A stretch of DNA of 64,000 nt from an uncultured Planctomycetia bacterium (GTDB lineage: Bacteria > Omnitrophota > Gorgyraeia > Duberdicusellales > Duberdicusellaceae), in assembly GCA_964634935.1 (NCBI GenBank), contig CAZWJT010000004.1, positions 94,915 to 158,914 on the forward strand, written 5' to 3'. The position numbers and the translations under genes were made by a program. Positions 9,769-19,579 of the stretch are shown here, in pieces; positions within the stretch are counted from its first letter, which is position 1, and each line of letters starts with the position of its first letter. The notes under the pieces are model-generated. The model was not told where the DNA came from and did no database searches. It was given only the letters and a program-made list of their open reading frames with translations.

Positions 9769-10682
9769 AAACCTTTGTTATCCTTTTCAGCTGCATATTG
9801 ATCCTAAAAATCCCTTTGGCAGTCCACGCCGTCGACAACCAAATTAGCGCTGTCGTCAATAATGAAATTGTTACCGCCAAGGAGCTTGAGGATTTTATCT
9901 CACTCCTGGATTACCAAGAAACAAAAAAACCTCACAGCCTAAAGAGCGATGATCCCGCGAGACGCCGAGAAGCTCTCGACAGTTTAATTGAAGATAAACT
10001 GATACTGCAGCAGGCGAGAAAACTGAACCTGGAAGTCCCTCAGGAATTAGTTGAGAAACGAATACGCGAAGTTCAAAAAACATTTTCCGATAATGAAGAA
10101 TTCGAAAAATCCCTCATTGAGAGGGGTATCAATTTGAACGCTCTTAAAGAAAAGATCAAAGAGCAAATTCTAATGAAAGAAATGGTCGATCGAACTATTC
10201 GTGACGCAATTGTCATTTCTCCCCATGAAATTACTGAATATTTCGAGCAAAACAAAAATCAATTCACTATTCCTGAAGAAGCAGTTTATTCAGCGCTTGT
10301 TTTTGACAATCAGTTCGAAGCAAAACAGATATATGAAATAATTAAAAATCTTGACCTCTTTGAGCTGGATTCACAATACCGAGAAAAATTGATCGCGGGA
10401 ACATTGCGGCGCGATGAATGTAAACCCGAACTGGAACACAGTCTTTTTGAAAGCCCGCTCAAGAAATTTCTCCCTCCGCAAAAAGTCGAGGATAATTATT
10501 TTATTTTCTACGTCGAAAAACGAACCTCTGAACAAGAATCTTCTTTGGCTGAAAGTAACGATGAAATCTGGAATGTGCTCTTTCGTAAGAAATTTCAAGA
10601 AAAATTCATTGAGTGGGTTGAAAAATTACGAAAGAACGCCGTAATTAAGATCTATGACCAAAATACTCGTTACCCAGGGTGA
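9765..10682 (+). CDS. secreted SurA N-terminal-domain chaperone-like protein (no recognisable PPIase domain)
   Basis: Signal peptide (ILILKIPLAVHA), SurA_N-like helical region; position upstream of pdxA-rsmA as for surA in E. coli. Confidence 0.55.
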   Translation: MKTFVILFSCILILKIPLAVHAVDNQISAVVNNEIVTAKELEDFISLLDYQETKKPHSLKSDDPARRREALDSLIEDKLILQQARKLNLEVPQELVEKRIREVQKTFSDNEEFEKSLIERGINLNALKEKIKEQILMKEMVDRTIRDAIVISPHEITEYFEQNKNQFTIPEEAVYSALVFDNQFEAKQIYEIIKNLDLFELDSQYREKLIAGTLRRDECKPELEHSLFESPLKKFLPPQKVEDNYFIFYVEKRTSEQESSLAESNDEIWNVLFRKKFQEKFIEWVEKLRKNAVIKIYDQNTRYPG

Positions 10683-11601
10683 CCCGGCAGGAATAGGTCC
10701 ATACGTTGTCATCTCCGCACTCAAAAAGATTGACCTTAAGAAAAATAAAATTTTTCTTATCGGCAGTCAAAGGCATTTTGAAAAAACCAAGGGTTTCTCC
10801 CAAATTAAGAATCAGGTAGAACTTATCCACATCGAAACCCCCGCCCTGTGTCCAGGAACAATTAATGCACGCTCGGGAAAATCAGCCTTTCTCTATTTGC
10901 AGAAAGCCGTTGAGATACTCCGCACAGATAAAGAGACAGCCCTGGTTACAGCCCCGGTCTCAAAAGAAGCAATCACCGCAGCCGGCATACCGTTTTTGGG
11001 GCATACGGAGTTCCTGGCGCAATCATTCGCGGTAAAAAAATATGCAATGCTTATGGTAGGAAAGATACTGACTGTTCTTCTTTTAACCCGCCATATTCGA
11101 TTACAAAATCTTACTCAGACATTAAATCCCCGTGAAATAAAAACAGCCCTCTGCTTAACAATTGATTTTTTACGCAGAACAAACGGTCTCCTGAAACCAA
11201 AAATAGCTCTCTGTAGCGTCAACCCCCATGCAGGAATAAACACCTACATGGGCATAGAAGAAAAAATTTTGCTTCAAGCAACAGCACATCTCTCACGCGC
11301 TATGCATCTTACCGGCCCATTGCCAAGCGAAGGAATATTTCAGAATGCACTCCGTAAGATTTATGACGTTGTTGTCTGTTCTTACCATGACCAAGGCATG
11401 ATCCCGTTCAAAATGATCGAACATAAAACAGGGGTAAATTTGACCCTGGGCCTTCCATTCGTGCGTACCTCGCCAGCTCACGGAACAGCGCCAAAACTCC
11501 TCAAATCACCCTCACAGATAGATCCTTCTTCTATGGAGCACGCGATCCGGTTGGCGATCAAACTTCTGCCTCACTGGAAAAGTAAAGGAAAAATCGTATA
11601 A
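10654..11601 (+). CDS. pdxA: 4-hydroxythreonine-4-phosphate dehydrogenase
   Basis: SYHDQGMIPFK and LTLGLPFVRTSPAHGTA match PdxA conserved blocks. Confidence 0.85.
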   Translation: MTKILVTQGDPAGIGPYVVISALKKIDLKKNKIFLIGSQRHFEKTKGFSQIKNQVELIHIETPALCPGTINARSGKSAFLYLQKAVEILRTDKETALVTAPVSKEAITAAGIPFLGHTEFLAQSFAVKKYAMLMVGKILTVLLLTRHIRLQNLTQTLNPREIKTALCLTIDFLRRTNGLLKPKIALCSVNPHAGINTYMGIEEKILLQATAHLSRAMHLTGPLPSEGIFQNALRKIYDVVVCSYHDQGMIPFKMIEHKTGVNLTLGLPFVRTSPAHGTAPKLLKSPSQIDPSSMEHAIRLAIKLLPHWKSKGKIV

Positions 11602-11613
11602 AGACTAAAGAAT

Positions 11614-12429
11614 ATGGCCGGTTTTTACCCTAAAAAAGCCCTCGGACAAGTATTTCTTATGAATCATAAAAGCAGGGAGAAGATCTTTGCCCTCTTGGCG
11701 CACGAACCGCTCCGACCAGTGGTAGAAATCGGACCAGGCAGAGGAGAACTCACTCGATTCCTGATTGAAAGATTTCCTAAGGTATACGCGGTAGAAATTG
11801 ATCCACTCCTATGTCATATATTGAAGAAAGAATTCAAAAATACCTCCCTTGAGGTTTTCTGTGTTGATTTTTTGCGCTGGAATCCGCCGGATTTTGCTCA
11901 AACACCCCTTTTGGTTACCAATCTTCCGTATCATCTCAGTTTTGAATTTATAAACTGGATTATCCGTAACCGAACGGTCTTTCCGAAAATCTACGCAGGT
12001 TTCCAAAAAGAATTTGCACAAAAAATAACTGCTCCAGTATCAGATAAAGCATATTCTTTACTTACGATTAAAATGGCCCTCTACGGTCAAACCAAACTCT
12101 TGTTCACCATTCCCCGTGAACATTTCCGGCCCGAACCGGGGATTGACTCGGCTTTTGTCGAAATTGCCTTTACGCCGGGCCTACAAGCCCCTGTTACCGA
12201 TGAAGGACTCTTCTTTGCTTTTCTTCGCGCTCTTTTCAGCCAAAGACGGAAAAAAATCAAAAATATATTACACTCCATATACCCCCAGGAAAATGTTCAA
12301 GAAATCCTGAACATTTCCGAAATTTCCGGGGACCTACGCCCGGAAAACCTATCCTTGAGCGACTTTACCAAAATACATTCATTACTCAAGAACCACCCAG
12401 AAAAAGACCATACGAAAAAAAATCTGTAA
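11614..12429 (+). CDS. rsmA: 16S rRNA (adenine1518/1519-N6) dimethyltransferase
   Basis: ALGQVFL, VEIGPGRGELT (SAM motif I), VTNLPYHLS (NLPY motif) are KsgA/RsmA signatures. Confidence 0.9.
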   Translation: MAGFYPKKALGQVFLMNHKSREKIFALLAHEPLRPVVEIGPGRGELTRFLIERFPKVYAVEIDPLLCHILKKEFKNTSLEVFCVDFLRWNPPDFAQTPLLVTNLPYHLSFEFINWIIRNRTVFPKIYAGFQKEFAQKITAPVSDKAYSLLTIKMALYGQTKLLFTIPREHFRPEPGIDSAFVEIAFTPGLQAPVTDEGLFFAFLRALFSQRRKKIKNILHSIYPQENVQEILNISEISGDLRPENLSLSDFTKIHSLLKNHPEKDHTKKNL

Positions 12430-12496
12430 CTTTTTTATTTCTGAGGTATAATTTAGTATTCTTTGATGACAAATCTCATTTTTATCCTAAAAGACC

Positions 12497-12841
12497 ATGA
12501 AATATATAAAAATTGCAAAAAGAATACCGGTCCTCCGTTACGATGAAAAAGGACTTATCCCGGTTATTATTCAGGATTATAAGACGAAAGACGTATTGAT
12601 GCTGGCTTATATGAATGAAAAATCCCTGGCAATCACCATAAAAGAGAGAAAAACCTGTTTCTTCTCACGTTCTCGCCAGAAACTTTGGCGTAAAGGGGAA
12701 ACATCCGGACATGTTCAGAAAATAAAAAGCATATATTATGATTGCGATAACGATACGCTCCTTATGCAAGTTCAACAAACAGGCGTTGCGTGCCATACCG
12801 GAGCATGGAGCTGCTTTTTCCGAAAGATTGCTTGCAGATAA
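12497..12841 (+). CDS. hisI: phosphoribosyl-AMP cyclohydrolase
   Basis: [54 protein letters not shown] match HisI throughout; 114 aa, cyclohydrolase only. Confidence 0.8.
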   Translation: MKYIKIAKRIPVLRYDEKGLIPVIIQDYKTKDVLMLAYMNEKSLAITIKERKTCFFSRSRQKLWRKGETSGHVQKIKSIYYDCDNDTLLMQVQQTGVACHTGAWSCFFRKIACR

Positions 12842-12915
12842 CTACAGAAAAAAGCCATGGCTGCGTTACTGGCGTTCTTTTATGAAACAACCCCCTCGTC
12901 AACCCGTTATAGCCC

Positions 12916-14433
12916 ATGACACGCATAGTTCCTGACAGGAAAGTTTTTCTTAAATCATTCCGCAGCTCACCCCTTTTCATACTGAAAGCTGAATTCTTCT
13001 CCGATACAATCACCCCGATCAGCGCCTATATGTCAATTCCCAAGAAAACCAACAGCTTTCTCCTCGAATCAGTTGAAGGAGAAGAAAAGATAGCTCGCTT
13101 TTCCTTTGTTGGATTTGAACCACTTGTCATATTAAGCACTGAAGGAAAGACGGCAACCTTAATCGACACATTCAAGCATACAAAAGTTTCCTACCCTATA
13201 TCTGAAAATCCGTTGGTCGAACTCCAGAAACTTCTGAATCGCTTTGACAAACGGACAGGAGCAACTGATGATGCGCGATTTAGCGGTGGATTTGTCGGCT
13301 ATCTAGGCTATGACAATGTTCGTTTTTTTGAAAAGAAGCTTTTGAATAAACAAGCCGAAACAGCAGAAAGTGCCTTTTTGTTTACGAAGTATTTAATCGT
13401 TTTTGATCATAAAGAAAAAAACATCATTTGCTTCGCATTTATTCAAACCAGTGGATGCCAAACTCGCCAGCAAGCAAGTATTCTGTATAAAAAGGAAACC
13501 GATGCCTTGCAAAAAGTAATCGATCACATTTTGAAACCCCAAAAGCACTGTCCGATTGTTTCTGGAAAAGGGGAAACAAGAAAAGTCCGCCCCCTAACTC
13601 CAAAAGCAAAATTTCTCGCAGCAGTAAAAAAAGCTAAAGAGTATATCCGTCAGGGAGAAATTATTCAGGTAGTCCTTTCGCAAAAATTCCAAATTCGATA
13701 TTCGAAAGATCCATTTCTCGCGTACCGATATCTTCGCATTCTCAATCCATCAGCGTATTTATATTATTTGCATATAAAAAACACCGTCTTAATCGGAGCA
13801 TCTCCAGAGATGCTCTTGCGCGTAGAAAACAAAAGGCTTTATACGCGCCCTATTGCAGGAACTCGAGTACGCGGCGCAAATGACCAGCAGGATAAAGAGT
13901 TCGAAAAAGAACTGCTTAAAGACGAGAAAGAAAAAGCAGAGCATATTATGCTCGTTGATCTTGGCCGAAATGATCTTGGTAAAGTTGCCGTAAAAGGAAC
14001 TGTACAGGTTCCGCTCCTGATGAACATTGAACGATTCTCTCACGTTATGCATCTGGTGAGTGAAGTCCAGGGCGTATTACGCGCTGACAAAACACCTCTT
14101 GATAGTTTACGGGCATGTTTTCCTGCCGGAACGCTCACAGGTGCTCCAAAAATTCGAGCAATGCAACTCATCGATGAACTTGAAATATCGTATCGCGATT
14201 TATACGGTGGATGCGTTGGATATTTTTCATTCAATGGCAACATCGATACTGCAATTACAATCCGGTCGATCCTTTTCCGCAATGGCATTGCGTCAATTCA
14301 GGCAGGAGCAGGAATCGTGCTTGATTCAATCCCAGAACGAGAGTACAAAGAAACACTCAACAAGGCAAAAGCTCAAATACTTGCGTTGCAATACGCGCTC
14401 CGTGATAATCAAGAATCAAAAAAGAGAGGATAG
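12916..14433 (+). CDS. chorismate-utilising enzyme, anthranilate synthase component I / aminodeoxychorismate synthase (TrpE/PabB family)
   Basis: FLLESVEGEE, IAGTRVRG, LLMNIERFSHVMHLVS, GTLTGAPKIRAMQLIDELE, GYFSFNGNIDTAITIRS chorismate-binding domain motifs; no glutamine amidotransferase partner adjacent. Confidence 0.8.
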   Translation: MTRIVPDRKVFLKSFRSSPLFILKAEFFSDTITPISAYMSIPKKTNSFLLESVEGEEKIARFSFVGFEPLVILSTEGKTATLIDTFKHTKVSYPISENPLVELQKLLNRFDKRTGATDDARFSGGFVGYLGYDNVRFFEKKLLNKQAETAESAFLFTKYLIVFDHKEKNIICFAFIQTSGCQTRQQASILYKKETDALQKVIDHILKPQKHCPIVSGKGETRKVRPLTPKAKFLAAVKKAKEYIRQGEIIQVVLSQKFQIRYSKDPFLAYRYLRILNPSAYLYYLHIKNTVLIGASPEMLLRVENKRLYTRPIAGTRVRGANDQQDKEFEKELLKDEKEKAEHIMLVDLGRNDLGKVAVKGTVQVPLLMNIERFSHVMHLVSEVQGVLRADKTPLDSLRACFPAGTLTGAPKIRAMQLIDELEISYRDLYGGCVGYFSFNGNIDTAITIRSILFRNGIASIQAGAGIVLDSIPEREYKETLNKAKAQILALQYALRDNQESKKRG

Positions 14434-14435
14434 CC

Positions 14436-14666
14436 ATGCCAACCTATGATTACGAATGCACAAAATGCAAAACGATATTTGAAAAATTTCAGAAAATTAC
14501 AGATAAACCGCTGACAACATGTCCAGAATGCAAAGGAACCTTGCGACGCATTATCGGAAAAGGAGGAGGAGTTATCTTTAAAGGCAGCGGTTTCTTTGCT
14601 ACTGATTATAAACGTCAATCAACGGAAACAAAAACGAAACCAGCAAACACAACAGAAAAAAAATGA
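14436..14666 (+). CDS. FmdB-family zinc-ribbon protein
   Basis: MPTYDYECTKC ... CPECKG two CxxC pairs, the typical FmdB N-terminus. Confidence 0.6.
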   Translation: MPTYDYECTKCKTIFEKFQKITDKPLTTCPECKGTLRRIIGKGGGVIFKGSGFFATDYKRQSTETKTKPANTTEKK

Positions 14667-15904
14667 ACGATCCAATCATACAGCCGTTCCAAGCGCTTCA
14701 TTTCAACCGCGAAAAGTTCAAGAATTACGGGAAGATTATCTGTCCTCCCTATGACATTATTGATGCTTTCATGGAGAAAAAGCTCCGTAAAAGTTCTCTC
14801 TACAATTTTATCCATATTCTCCTGAAAAATAATCGGAATGACTACCCGACAATTGGAAAAAGATTCCGCCTGTGGTGTGAAAGAAACATCTTGGTTGAAG
14901 AACAAAAAGAAGCGATTTACTTGTGTAAACAAGAATTCGTATTCCAGAAAAAAAGAATGACGCGCTATGGATTTCTTGCACTCTTACGACTCGATAGTGA
15001 AAATTCTGTATTTCCACATGAATTTACCCATCAAAGGCCGAAAGAGGATCGCCTGAAAATTCTTGAAGAACTCAAAGCAAATCTAAGTCCAGTATTTATT
15101 GTCTATCCTGAACAAAAAAGTTCTACTTCGTATAAGAATCTCCGCAGCCTGCTCAAACAGAAGCCATTTCTCAAGTTCACATCTACAACGGGTATCACCT
15201 ATACTATATGGCAGGAAACACAATCAAAGAGAATTGCCAAAGTTATCGATTCGCTCCAAAAAAGGAATATGCTTATTGCCGATGGACACCACCGATTTGA
15301 AGTTGCAAAAACTTTTTATCAAAAATATCGTTCGACCGGACATGGCTTTAAAAAGCTCAATTATGTTCTTGCTTACTTTTGCCCGGCGATCAAAGAAAAC
15401 ATTTTAGTTCTTCCTACCCACCGGACTATACAGCATGCGTCAGTCTCCCTAGAATACCTGCGTGAAAAAATGAGTGATCTGTTCTCGGTGACAAGATACA
15501 AAACTATGCCTCAACTCCTTGGCGCCCTCCAGCAAGAAAAGAAACTCTCTATTGGATTCTTCGGTCATAACGAATATGCGCTCCTCACGTTGCAAAATCA
15601 AAAAGCGCTCGATACGATCATCGGAACGGAAAATCAAGCATATCGAGAATTAAATGTGTTTATGCTTCATAAACTTATTCTTCCGCGCTTAGGAATTACT
15701 GTGGACGAAACAAATATTTTTTATACAATAGATGCATATAGGGCTCAGGCTCAAGCAAAAAAGACCCAAGGTTGCTCTTTTTTCTTAAATGCATTAACAC
15801 CTGAACACATTATGAAAATTGCGTTCCAGAAAAACCGCCTTCCCCAAAAATCGACATATTTCTTCCCTAAAATCGATTCGGGGATTTTAGCGCGAAAACT
15901 CTGA
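14663..15904 (+). CDS. DUF1015-family protein
   Basis: N-terminus IIQPFQALHFN ... CPPYDII resembles the DUF1015 opening (IKPFxAxRY...PYDV); about 410 aa as for that family. Confidence 0.55.
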   Translation: MNDPIIQPFQALHFNREKFKNYGKIICPPYDIIDAFMEKKLRKSSLYNFIHILLKNNRNDYPTIGKRFRLWCERNILVEEQKEAIYLCKQEFVFQKKRMTRYGFLALLRLDSENSVFPHEFTHQRPKEDRLKILEELKANLSPVFIVYPEQKSSTSYKNLRSLLKQKPFLKFTSTTGITYTIWQETQSKRIAKVIDSLQKRNMLIADGHHRFEVAKTFYQKYRSTGHGFKKLNYVLAYFCPAIKENILVLPTHRTIQHASVSLEYLREKMSDLFSVTRYKTMPQLLGALQQEKKLSIGFFGHNEYALLTLQNQKALDTIIGTENQAYRELNVFMLHKLILPRLGITVDETNIFYTIDAYRAQAQAKKTQGCSFFLNALTPEHIMKIAFQKNRLPQKSTYFFPKIDSGILARKL

Positions 15905-16785
15905 TGGATTTTTTTAAGAAAAAGCCAAAATATACGATCGTTCGGGTAAAACGGAAAGATATTCCTGCCGGATTGTGGAATAAGTGCAACAGTTGTTCTT
16001 ATCCAATCTTTACCAAGGCACTCCAGGAAAATCTCATGGTATGCCCCCGCTGTTCATACCATTTTCCGATCGGCGTCTACCAACGGACAGAACTTCTTCT
16101 CGATAAAGATTCCTTTGACGAGCTTGACAAAAACATGACTCCAAAAGATCCCTTGGAGTTCACCGGAACCCAAGGATATCGCGACAAAGTCAAACAAGCA
16201 CAAGATGAAACCGGATTGAAAGAAGCTGCTCTCTATGGCATGGGAAAAATCGAAGGAAAACGCGTATCCTTTGCCGCAACGGATTCTAACTTTATCATGG
16301 GTTCAATGGGTTCAGTCGTCGGAGAAAAAATCACTCGGGCTATTGAGTTGGCTCTCTCCGAACATGCTCCTCTGGTTATCGTTTCTGGATCTGGCGGTGG
16401 CGCACGGATGTACGAAGGGATGTTTTCTCTGATGCAGATGGCAAAAACTTCTACGGCGCTTGCTCGACTCAAAAAAGCAAATATTCCGTATATTTCAGTC
16501 CTGACACATCCGACAATGGCCGGAGTCATGGCTTCATTCGCCGGGTTGGGAGATATTATTATCGCCGAACCAAAAGCATTAATTGGATTTACCGGCCCGA
16601 GAGTAATTGAACAAACTATCAAACAAAAATTGCCTCCGGGATTTCAAAGCTCTGAATTTAACCTTGAACACGGACTTATTGATATGATCGTACCGCGCAA
16701 GGAGTTACGTCAAACAATCGCTAAATTAATTTTCTATTTGGACAATACTGGAAATAAGAAAATCAAGGAGGGCAAAAATGGCTGA
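15904..16785 (+). CDS. accD: acetyl-CoA carboxylase carboxyltransferase subunit beta
   Basis: N-terminal zinc ribbon CNSCSYPI...CPRCSYHF, carboxyltransferase GGARMYEG block. Confidence 0.9.
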   Translation: MDFFKKKPKYTIVRVKRKDIPAGLWNKCNSCSYPIFTKALQENLMVCPRCSYHFPIGVYQRTELLLDKDSFDELDKNMTPKDPLEFTGTQGYRDKVKQAQDETGLKEAALYGMGKIEGKRVSFAATDSNFIMGSMGSVVGEKITRAIELALSEHAPLVIVSGSGGGARMYEGMFSLMQMAKTSTALARLKKANIPYISVLTHPTMAGVMASFAGLGDIIIAEPKALIGFTGPRVIEQTIKQKLPPGFQSSEFNLEHGLIDMIVPRKELRQTIAKLIFYLDNTGNKKIKEGKNG

Positions 16786-17938
16786 GTGGATAGGCAAACA
16801 GAGGAGAGCGCGTAAATGTTACGGATTCGATGAGATCGCGCTCGTTCCAGGAAGAACCACCGTAAATCCTAATGACGTTGACATTTACTGGGAACTGGGC
16901 AAGAAAAAATTCTCCATTCCTATTCTTGCCGCAGCCATGGATGGGGTAGTTGACGTAAAATTTGCCGTAGCCATGTCAAAATTAGGAGGCTTTGCTGCCT
17001 TAAATCTTGATGGGGTGCAAACACGCTATGAAAATCCTGACGACGTACTTTCCCAGATAGCAAACGCATCTCCAGCCGAAGTAACGAATCTTATACAAAA
17101 AATATATACCGCGCCGATCAAAGAACATTTGGTTGCCAAGCGTATCGAACAAATTAAGCAAAAAGGGGGATATGCCGCTGTCAGTTGCATACCTCAAAAT
17201 GCAAAACGCTTTGTTCAGATCGCTGAAGAGGCCCACGCTGATGCATTCATCGTTCAATCAACAGTTACGACAGCCCGCCACATCTCAACCACCTACAAAC
17301 CTCTTGATTTATTCGCTTTTTGCAAAAAACGCAAACTTTCCGTTATCATCGGAAACTGCGTCACCTATGATGTTACCCTCGATCTTTTGGAAACAAACTG
17401 CGATGGTCTTTTGATCGGGGTAGGACCGGGGGCTGCTTGTACCACCCGCGGAGTCTTGGGGATAGGCGTACCGCAGGTTACTGCGACAATAGACGCCGCT
17501 GAGGCGCGTGATTTCTTCCATAAAAAAACAGGAAAGTATACTCCCATTATTACCGATGGGGGTATGCGCACCGGGGGTGACGTATGCAAGGCATTCGCCT
17601 GCGGAGCAGACGCTGTCATGATCGGTTCAGCATTTGCTAGAGCCAAAGAAGCTCCGGGAAGAGGAAACCACTGGGGCATGGCAACTTCTAACGCAAACCT
17701 TCCACGGGGAACACGGATAAAAGTTGGTATCTCAGGCACGCTCGAGGAGATTCTTTTTGGTCCGGCAGAAGTTGATGATGGCTCACAAAACCTCATGGGA
17801 GCGCTTGCCACCTCCATGGGATCGTTAGGAGTGCAGGCAATAAAAGAAATGCATTTTGTTGAAATCATTATTGCCCCTTCAATACAAACTGAAGGAAAAT
17901 TGTTTCAAAATATTCAACGAGTAGGGATGGGCAAGTAA
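16778..17938 (+). CDS. guaB: IMP dehydrogenase family protein lacking the CBS (Bateman) subdomain
   Basis: FDEIALVPG, AAAMDGV, GVGPGAACTTR catalytic Cys loop, ITDGGMRTGGD, 386 aa; followed by guaA. Confidence 0.75.
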   Translation: MAEWIGKQRRARKCYGFDEIALVPGRTTVNPNDVDIYWELGKKKFSIPILAAAMDGVVDVKFAVAMSKLGGFAALNLDGVQTRYENPDDVLSQIANASPAEVTNLIQKIYTAPIKEHLVAKRIEQIKQKGGYAAVSCIPQNAKRFVQIAEEAHADAFIVQSTVTTARHISTTYKPLDLFAFCKKRKLSVIIGNCVTYDVTLDLLETNCDGLLIGVGPGAACTTRGVLGIGVPQVTATIDAAEARDFFHKKTGKYTPIITDGGMRTGGDVCKAFACGADAVMIGSAFARAKEAPGRGNHWGMATSNANLPRGTRIKVGISGTLEEILFGPAEVDDGSQNLMGALATSMGSLGVQAIKEMHFVEIIIAPSIQTEGKLFQNIQRVGMGK

Positions 17939-17944
17939 CCGCTT

Positions 17945-19489
17945 ATGGGGAAAAACGACGCAATTCTTATCCTTGACTACGGTTCACAATATACACAACT
18001 CATTGCCCGAAGAATACGAGAGCTCAAAGTTTACAGCGCCATTGAACCCTGCACTGTTTCTTTAGAGAAAATCAAAGAGTATGCCCCAAAAGGGATCATT
18101 CTCTCAGGGGGGCCCCACAGTGTTTATGAAAAAGGGGCTCCAAAACTGGAAGCTGGACTTCTCAAACTGGGCGTACCTATTCTCGGAATCTGCTATGGAA
18201 TGCAAGCCTTGGTATCCGCCCTTTCTGGAAGTGTAGCAGAATCAAACAAACGAGAGTATGGAAAAGCTGAAATGTACATCGATGACCACAGCGAACTTTT
18301 CTTTTCTCTCCCAGAAAAAATAGTTTCCTGGATGAGCCATATGGACAAGGTAAAAAGCGTTCCTTCGGGTTTCACGAGAATCGCTCATACCGAAAGTACC
18401 CCTTACGCAGCAATCGCTCAAAAAAGTAAGAAATTCTATGGCGTACAATTCCACCCGGAAGTAGTGCACACTGATAAGGGGCTCCAAATTATCTCAAACT
18501 TTCTCTTTCGTATCTGCGGATGTTTTGCCAGCTGGCAACTCGAAGATTTTATTAAACAGCAACAAACGGCGGCGCGCAAAAAAGTTGGAACAAAAAATGT
18601 TATTTGCGGGTTAAGCGGAGGGGTTGACTCTTCAACCGCAGCGGTGTTGCTCCATGCAGCACTCGGCCGTCAACTGAAATGTATTTTTGTAAATAATGGG
18701 GTTCTTCGAAAGCACGAAGCGCAGAATGTAATCCGTATATTCCGCGATCACTTTAAAATCGACCTGCATTATTGTGACGCGTCAAAAATATTTTTACAAA
18801 AACTGAAAGGAATAACCGACCCCGAAGAGAAAAGAAGAATCATCGGACATGAATTTATCCGTGTCTTTGAGCATGAAGCACGAAAGATTAAAAACGTTGA
18901 GTTCCTCGTCCAAGGAACGCTATACCCGGATGTAATCGAATCGGTTTCTGTCTTCGGCGGACCAACGTCGCGGATAAAATCTCACCATAATGTTGGAGGT
19001 TTGCCGCGTGATATGAAACTAAAGCTCATTGAACCATTCCGCCAACTCTTTAAAGACGAGGTGAGAGAAATCGCTAAAATTCTAAAACTGCCGCAGACAA
19101 TTATCGAACGGCATCCTTTCCCGGGCCCTGGTTTGGCAGTACGTATTGTCGGTGAGATTACCGCAGAACGCCTGAAAATTCTTCGTGATGCCGATGCCTT
19201 GCTGGAAAAAATTATTCACCGGAGAAATCTTTACAATGATTTATGGCAGTGTTTTTGTGTACTTTTACCCTTGAAAACCGTGGGGGTTATGGGTGATAAG
19301 CGGACCTATGAGCATGTGGTTGCGATACGCGCGGTTACAAGCGTTGACGGAATGACTGCTGACTGGGCAAAAATACCGTTTGACGTTCTCGAGGAAATTT
19401 CCAATGTTATTATTAATAAAGTCCGAGGTATTAATCGCGTTGTTTTTGATATAAGCTCAAAACCTCCCGCGACTATCGAGTGGGAATAA
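17945..19489 (+). CDS. guaA: GMP synthase (glutamine-hydrolysing)
   Basis: [28 protein letters not shown] amidotransferase Cys, SGGVDSS PP-loop. Confidence 0.95.
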   Translation: MGKNDAILILDYGSQYTQLIARRIRELKVYSAIEPCTVSLEKIKEYAPKGIILSGGPHSVYEKGAPKLEAGLLKLGVPILGICYGMQALVSALSGSVAESNKREYGKAEMYIDDHSELFFSLPEKIVSWMSHMDKVKSVPSGFTRIAHTESTPYAAIAQKSKKFYGVQFHPEVVHTDKGLQIISNFLFRICGCFASWQLEDFIKQQQTAARKKVGTKNVICGLSGGVDSSTAAVLLHAALGRQLKCIFVNNGVLRKHEAQNVIRIFRDHFKIDLHYCDASKIFLQKLKGITDPEEKRRIIGHEFIRVFEHEARKIKNVEFLVQGTLYPDVIESVSVFGGPTSRIKSHHNVGGLPRDMKLKLIEPFRQLFKDEVREIAKILKLPQTIIERHPFPGPGLAVRIVGEITAERLKILRDADALLEKIIHRRNLYNDLWQCFCVLLPLKTVGVMGDKRTYEHVVAIRAVTSVDGMTADWAKIPFDVLEEISNVIINKVRGINRVVFDISSKPPATIEWE

Positions 19490-19505
19490 TTTTTCTCAAG
19501 AAAAT

Positions 19506-19548
19506 GCTCTTCCAATACAACCGAGTTGTATTGGAAATCGAAAAGAGC
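19506..19548 (+). other. stable imperfect hairpin between guaA and dnaE
   Basis: gctcttccaatacaac-cga-gttgtattggaa...aagagc: 12-bp inner stem with 3-nt loop plus 4-bp outer stem across an 8-nt internal loop; no U-tract follows. Confidence 0.5.
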
Positions 19549-19579
19549 AACATGGAATCGCCAACCAAAATATATACGC

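Noticed and set aside
12430-12452. Promoter or terminator between rsmA and hisI
   Set aside because: A TATAAT hexamer is present (12447-12452) but without a convincing -35 or extended -10. The T-run after the rsmA stop has no preceding hairpin.
17365-17868. 167-aa minus-strand ORF inside guaB
   Set aside because: Antisense to the IMPDH catalytic barrel. Pro/Ala/Ser-rich translation typical of antisense to GC-richer codons.
19526-19579. Upstream ORF-table start for dnaE (MYWKSKRATWNRQPKYIR...)
   Set aside because: The DnaE PHP domain begins at MTHSDFVHLHVHT (19580). The extension would overlap the hairpin and adds no conserved sequence.
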